In this document: positions 6,349 through 10,295 of the stretch, in pieces
Numbering within the stretch: position 1 is the first letter of the stretch
How the letters are laid out: the number at the start of each line of letters is the position of its first letter
NCBI GenBank assembly: GCA_041498975.1
Contig: JBGQJI010000091.1
Location: 1 to 10,295 of the forward strand
Reading direction: 5' to 3'
DNA: 10,295 nt
Origin: Candidatus Methylomirabilis sp.
GTDB taxonomy: Bacteria; Methylomirabilota; Methylomirabilia; Methylomirabilales; Methylomirabilaceae
Notes under the pieces: model-generated
Database searches by the model: none
Seen by the model: only the letters and a program-made list of their open reading frames with translations
Told to the model about the DNA's origin: nothing
Made by a program: the position numbers and the translations under genes

Positions 6349-8769
6349 TCACGCGAGGGAGGTGTGATTGCCGCCCTTCGCCTTGGAGCGATAGAGGGCC
6401 TGGTCGGCCACCCGGATCAGGTCTTCGACCTGGCGCATCTGAGGATCGAGGCAGGCAACGCCGAGGCTCATGGTGACACGCTTCCCCGCACTCTGCCCTT
6501 GCCCGCCCGGAGCGTCACGCTCCATCGCTGAACGGATTCGTTCGGCTTGGACCCCAGCCCTTTTGAGATCTGTCTCCGGGAGAATGATGCCAAACTCGTC
6601 CCCTCCGTACCGGGAGACGATATCGACACCTCGGGTATTGTTTCTCAATCGGCCGGCAATAGTGCGAAGCGCCTGATCGCCGGCCAGGTGGCCGTTGAGG
6701 TCGTTATACTGCTTGAAGAAATCGATATCCAGCATGATCAGCGAAAGCGGGCGACCGTACCGTTGGGCCCTCTTGAACTCTTGTTCCAGCCGGTGATAGA
6801 AGTGACGGTGATTGAAGAGACCCGTCAACTCGTCGGTGATGGCAAGGCGGTTGGTCTCCTGAAACAGGCGGACATTTTCGAGAGCGATGGCCAGTTGCTC
6901 GCCGAGGGGGACGAGCAGCTCCAGTTCAGGCTCTCCATAAGAGCGGGGCGTGGTGCTATCCAGGCAGAGGGCGCCGATCGCCTCGCCCTTGGCAATGAGT
7001 GGGAGCCTGACGGTTGAGCGGATCCCGTCCTTCAGGAGCACCTCGTCCTCCACGAACCTTCGTACCTCTGCCAGGTCCGTCTCGATGTGCGGGCGCCGCT
7101 GGGACAAGACCCAGTCGACGCCGGTCCCCTCTCGTCGGGACCAGACGCCCCCCTGCCCACCGGTGGTGGGCTGATCGGCGGCGAGCTGGAACATTCTGAG
7201 CCCCCGGCCTGAGTCATCCGGCATCACAACCCCCATCCGATCGTACGGGATAAGCCGTTTCACCTCTGCGGTGAACGCCTGGTAGACAGCGCCAATATCG
7301 AGCGAGGCGCTGATCACCTTGGTTAATCTATTGACCGCCGCGATCCGATCCGCCCGATGCTGCAGGGCGGTGTACAGCCTCGCATTCTCCAACGCAATCC
7401 CGAGATGATTGGCGTAGGTGACGAGGGTCTCGACCTCGAGTGGATGGAACCCCCGTGGGCGCCGGTAATAGAGGGCAAGCGCACCGTGACAACCGGACAT
7501 CCCCTGCGCCGGCACGGCAACCAGCGCCTCGACCCCCTCCTCCACAGACGACGCCGGGATGTGCTCGGGTCGGTCGCCCGCACGGGTGATCAGGATCGGC
7601 TTGCCAGTATCGATGACAGCCTGGGCGATCGGGTCGAACTCCGATGAGCGCTCTGACCCCTGCCGGCCGCCCAGGAAGACTCCGACCCGAGTGACTGCGC
7701 CAGGCGGAGCCTCCCGCAACGAGATCAAGGTCCCATCCGCCTGAAAGGCCTCCAGAATCTGATGCGCAGCCAACTGCAACGTTTCCTCGAAGTTCTGAAT
7801 CGAATGCAGCTGGTTGCTGAGTTCGTAGAGCAGGTTCGATCTGGCCAAGGCTCCCGAGGTCTCTTCAAACAGGCGGGCGTTCTCGATGGCGACCCCGACC
7901 TGATGGCAGAGGCCACCGAGGAGTCGCTCCTCATCCTCAGAAAACGCCCGGGGGCGCTGAGCGAACATGCTCAACGTCCCGACCACCCGATGTTTGGAGA
8001 GAAGCGGGAGACCCGCTGCCGATCGGACGCCAGGGAGCGCCTTCACCCCGGCAGATGCCCCCTGCGCGTCCGCCACATCGCCGATGAGGATCGGTCTCTC
8101 AGCCAGAGCGACGGCCCTGGCGAACTCCTCAGAGGCCCGCAGCGATTCGATGGCTTCAAGGTCTGCAGCAAATGTCCCATCGCCGGCAGAGACCCTGAAC
8201 TCCTGGCCGGCACTATCCGAGAGGCGGATAGTCCCCGCATCCATCTCCATCAGTTGAAGGATCTGTCCGAGAGCCTGCTCCAGGATCTCCTTCAAATTCA
8301 GGGACCGACCCAGCGAGGCCGCAATACCGTAGAGAGCCGATAGGGCACGATTCCTGGCCAGCGCCTCGCGCCGGAGGAGGCTAATCCGCAGCCATACTTC
8401 AATCCGAGCGGCAAGCTCCTCCGGGTCGACCGGCTTGCTGATGAAATCATCGGCTCCCCACTGAAGTCCCTGCGCCCTTTGGCTGGCGGTCGAACCTGTC
8501 GTGAAGACAATCACCGGGAGGTGTCGGTTCGCCTCGTCGGCCCTGATCGCCGCAAGGATCTGGCGGCCCTCCAGATGAGGCTTCTCCAGATCCAATACCA
8601 TCAGGCTCGACCGGAAGGTAGCGAGTGCCTCCAGGGCCTCCTGCTTGGAGCGGGCCACGGATGTCGACAGCCCCCGACGCTCCAACATCTCCTGGAACTT
8701 GCTGACCGACCCGGTGTCGTCATCAACCACCAGGATCGCCATCCTCCCACCTTCGTGAACTTCAGGCAT
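6349..8769 (-). CDS. Response-regulator diguanylate cyclase, REC-GAF-GAF-GAF-GGDEF
   Basis: REC: ILVVDDD, phosphoacceptor-position D in LMVLD, T in VIVFT, DDFISKP. Three GAF-like repeats end in AIENARLF, ALENARLY and ALENVRLF. GGDEF domain: TDELTGLFN, DIDFFKQYND..GH.AGD, RGVD-IVSRY-GGDEF, ADQALY..K..G.N. Start is 8769 or 8742. Confidence 0.93.
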   Translation of the reverse strand: MPEVHEGGRMAILVVDDDTGSVSKFQEMLERRGLSTSVARSKQEALEALATFRSSLMVLDLEKPHLEGRQILAAIRADEANRHLPVIVFTTGSTASQRAQGLQWGADDFISKPVDPEELAARIEVWLRISLLRREALARNRALSALYGIAASLGRSLNLKEILEQALGQILQLMEMDAGTIRLSDSAGQEFRVSAGDGTFAADLEAIESLRASEEFARAVALAERPILIGDVADAQGASAGVKALPGVRSAAGLPLLSKHRVVGTLSMFAQRPRAFSEDEERLLGGLCHQVGVAIENARLFEETSGALARSNLLYELSNQLHSIQNFEETLQLAAHQILEAFQADGTLISLREAPPGAVTRVGVFLGGRQGSERSSEFDPIAQAVIDTGKPILITRAGDRPEHIPASSVEEGVEALVAVPAQGMSGCHGALALYYRRPRGFHPLEVETLVTYANHLGIALENARLYTALQHRADRIAAVNRLTKVISASLDIGAVYQAFTAEVKRLIPYDRMGVVMPDDSGRGLRMFQLAADQPTTGGQGGVWSRREGTGVDWVLSQRRPHIETDLAEVRRFVEDEVLLKDGIRSTVRLPLIAKGEAIGALCLDSTTPRSYGEPELELLVPLGEQLAIALENVRLFQETNRLAITDELTGLFNHRHFYHRLEQEFKRAQRYGRPLSLIMLDIDFFKQYNDLNGHLAGDQALRTIAGRLRNNTRGVDIVSRYGGDEFGIILPETDLKRAGVQAERIRSAMERDAPGGQGQSAGKRVTMSLGVACLDPQMRQVEDLIRVADQALYRSKAKGGNHTSLA

Positions 8770-8855
8770 GCGATCGCTCCAGCCCCGGGCAACGCCCCGA
8801 TCTTATACGATCTCACCCACTGGAAGAAGGGCAAAGCGGCGGGCCAGCGCCCTCG

Positions 8856-9347
8856 TCACCGATAGTTGACAAACTGAACGTCGATCCCAAAGTCGCCTTC
8901 TCGCACCATCTGGATGACGGCCTGCAGGTCGTCTTTGCTCTTCCCCGAAACCCTTACCTGGTCTCCTTGGATCTGTGCCTGAATCCTGAGGCCAAGTCCC
9001 CTGATCGCCTTGACGATCTCGCGGGCCTTCTCGGCGGAGATGCCCTGCTGCAGCGTTACCCGCTGGCGAACGGCCCCTTTCGCCGCCGCCTCCGGAGCCT
9101 CGTAGACGAGGGCCTTCAGGGATACCTTCCGTCGCACCAGCTTCGATTCCAGCAGGTCTACGACCGCCTTGAGTTTGAAGGTATCGTCGGCGTTGAGCAG
9201 GAGGCTCTCCCCGTCACGGGCGATCCGGCACGATGTCCCCTTGAAATCAAACCGCTGCTGGATTTCCTTCATTGCCTGTTGAACGGCGTTATCCACCTCT
9301 TGCAAATCGACCGTCGAGCTGATATCAAAGGAACTCTCGCTAGACAC
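8856..9347 (-). CDS. yajQ: YajQ-family nucleotide / c-di-GMP-binding protein
   Basis: SFDISS.VDLQEVDNA, RFDFKG, QGIS.EKA, QAQIQGDQVRVSGKSKDDLQ, QFVNYR. GTG 9347 is 7 nt after AAGGAG (9360-9355), giving 163 aa. The ORF-track start at 9470 lies inside the heptamer repeat. Confidence 0.95.
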   Translation of the reverse strand: MSSESSFDISSTVDLQEVDNAVQQAMKEIQQRFDFKGTSCRIARDGESLLLNADDTFKLKAVVDLLESKLVRRKVSLKALVYEAPEAAAKGAVRQRVTLQQGISAEKAREIVKAIRGLGLRIQAQIQGDQVRVSGKSKDDLQAVIQMVREGDFGIDVQFVNYR

Positions 9348-9393
9348 CTGCGATCTCCTTTTGCCTCCGGGTAGGCTCAGACCGAACGCTGAA

Positions 9394-9482
9394 TCCCAGG
9401 TTCCAAGTTCAAGGTTCAAAGTTGAAGGGCCAGTCGGCGGAGCATCTAACCCGGAACTCGGAACTCGCAACCTGGAACCGCC
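9394..9482. repeat. Imperfect palindrome of degenerate 7-nt tandem repeats (GTTC-type), lolA-yajQ spacer
   Basis: + strand left arm tcccagg ttccaag ttcaagg ttcaaag ttgaagg (9394-9428), 19-nt spacer, right arm aacccgg aactcgg aactcgc aacctgg aaccgcc (9448-9482). Confidence 0.88.
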
Positions 9483-9502
9483 AATAGGCTGAATGCGCGG
9501 AC

Positions 9503-10282
9503 CTATCGGACGAGAGGCTTTGGCGGCGTCACCAGCTCGGTCCCCGGCGGTGGCGAGAACTGGAACAGCCCCTCCTTCAAGCCACCGTTGACCTTCAAGT
9601 CGGATAGATCCACGGCCGTAGTGTTGCCGTAGAGATCGAAGACCGTCAATCGCTGGATCAGGAAGCTTTCCCGATCGATGGCCAGTACCACGCGTTTAAA
9701 GGAGAGACCCTCGCCTTTCGGTGCGAGATCCAGGAGATACTCTTGGCCGTCCTTCGTGCCCGCGTGGGCGATCGCACGTACACGAAAGTCACGCCGGAGG
9801 GTGCTGATCCCGAACAGGATCCCGATGGGGCCCGTGCTGAGTGCGCCGCTGATATCCTGGGCCACGGCCTGTCGCTCTATGGGGCTGTAGCTCCAGAGCG
9901 TCTTGCCATCGATCAAGAACAGCCTCGGTTCAGGCTTCTCATATTCCCATCGCATTTTCCCCGGCCACTTGAGGAACAGGTGGCCCGAACCCTCCTGACT
10001 CGCCCCGCTCAGCCGATTCGTCGCCCTCTGGACGAACTCAGCCTGAAGGTCTGAAAAACTCTTGTACGTGGCCTGCACCTTGTCGGCCACCTCCTCCGCC
10101 GTCAGGGCCGAGACACCCAACGGGGACAGCATTCCAAACAGCAGAATAACTGCCAGATAGTGCGAAGTGCAAGGTCCGAAGTGCGAGGCACTGCTTCGCT
10201 GTTCCAGGTTCCGGGTTCCAGGTGCCAAGTTCTTAACTCGAAACTTGAAACTCGAAACGCGAAACTCCTCCGCACCCCGCAC
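9503..10282 (-). CDS. lolA: Outer-membrane lipoprotein carrier LolA family protein (5' end uncertain; frame is open to the window edge)
   Basis: Signal-like h-region LAVILLFGMLSPLGVSA, then LQAEFVQ, G.LFLKWPGKMRWEYEKP, IDGKTLWSY, D.YGNTT, FQFSPPPG. Candidate starts: GTG 10282, TTG 10228, ATG 10132 (would cut the signal peptide), or one upstream of the window. Confidence 0.85.
   Translation of the reverse strand: MRGAEEFRVSSFKFRVKNLAPGTRNLEQRSSASHFGPCTSHYLAVILLFGMLSPLGVSALTAEEVADKVQATYKSFSDLQAEFVQRATNRLSGASQEGSGHLFLKWPGKMRWEYEKPEPRLFLIDGKTLWSYSPIERQAVAQDISGALSTGPIGILFGISTLRRDFRVRAIAHAGTKDGQEYLLDLAPKGEGLSFKRVVLAIDRESFLIQRLTVFDLYGNTTAVDLSDLKVNGGLKEGLFQFSPPPGTELVTPPKPLVR
10160..10282. repeat. 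Nested pair of 7-nt-repeat palindromes (GTTC-type inside GTGCG-type)
   Basis: Outer left gtgcgaa gtgcaag gtccgaa gtgcgag (10160-10187). Inner left gttccag gttccgg gttccag gtgccaa gtt (10201-10231). Loop ctt. Inner right aactcga aacttga aactcga aacgcga aac (10235-10265). Outer right tccgcac cccgcac (10269-10282). Confidence 0.88.
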
Positions 10283-10295
10283 GTTCAGATCGACC

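Noticed and set aside
8795..8840. Internal promoter for the diguanylate cyclase (TATAAGAT on the minus strand, 8807-8800)
   Set aside because: A -10-like hexamer is present but there is no convincing -35 at a 16-18 nt spacing. Too weak to call.
379..9470. ORF-track N-terminal extensions of rplS (to 453), khpA (to 2160), cinA (to 6048) and yajQ (to 9470)
   Set aside because: Each gene has a downstream start with a good RBS at or near the family N-terminus. The extensions overlap neighbouring genes or start within repeats.
9394..10282. Repeat arrays as CRISPR, or as LexA boxes (GAAC/GTTC content)
   Set aside because: Units are 7 nt and contiguous with no spacers, and no cas genes are present. 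No GAAC-N4-GTTC arrangement is seen.

Overview
GC-rich bacterial chromosomal window. Every recognisable gene is on the minus strand. In transcription order (right to left): lolA (5' end uncertain), yajQ, a REC-GAF-GAF-GAF-GGDEF diguanylate cyclase, pgpA, cinA, thpR, then about 210 nt of unexplained DNA, a TTGACA-N18-TATTTT promoter, and the conserved ffh-rpsP-khpA-rimM-trmD-rplS operon. Most content is housekeeping. Three things stand out. (1) A family of imperfect palindromes built from degenerate 7-nt tandem repeats (GTGCGRR and GTTYMRR types) occurs at three loci (394-467, 9394-9482, 10160-10282). At the third locus one type is nested inside the other, apparently in frame within the 5' end of lolA. 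(2) trmD has no ATG/GTG/TTG start: AGG sits where the Met is expected and CTG is one codon upstream. (3) A YajQ-family gene lies directly upstream of an apparently intact diguanylate cyclase. No rRNA, tRNA, CRISPR array or transposase was seen. All calls come from reading motifs by eye; no database search was run.
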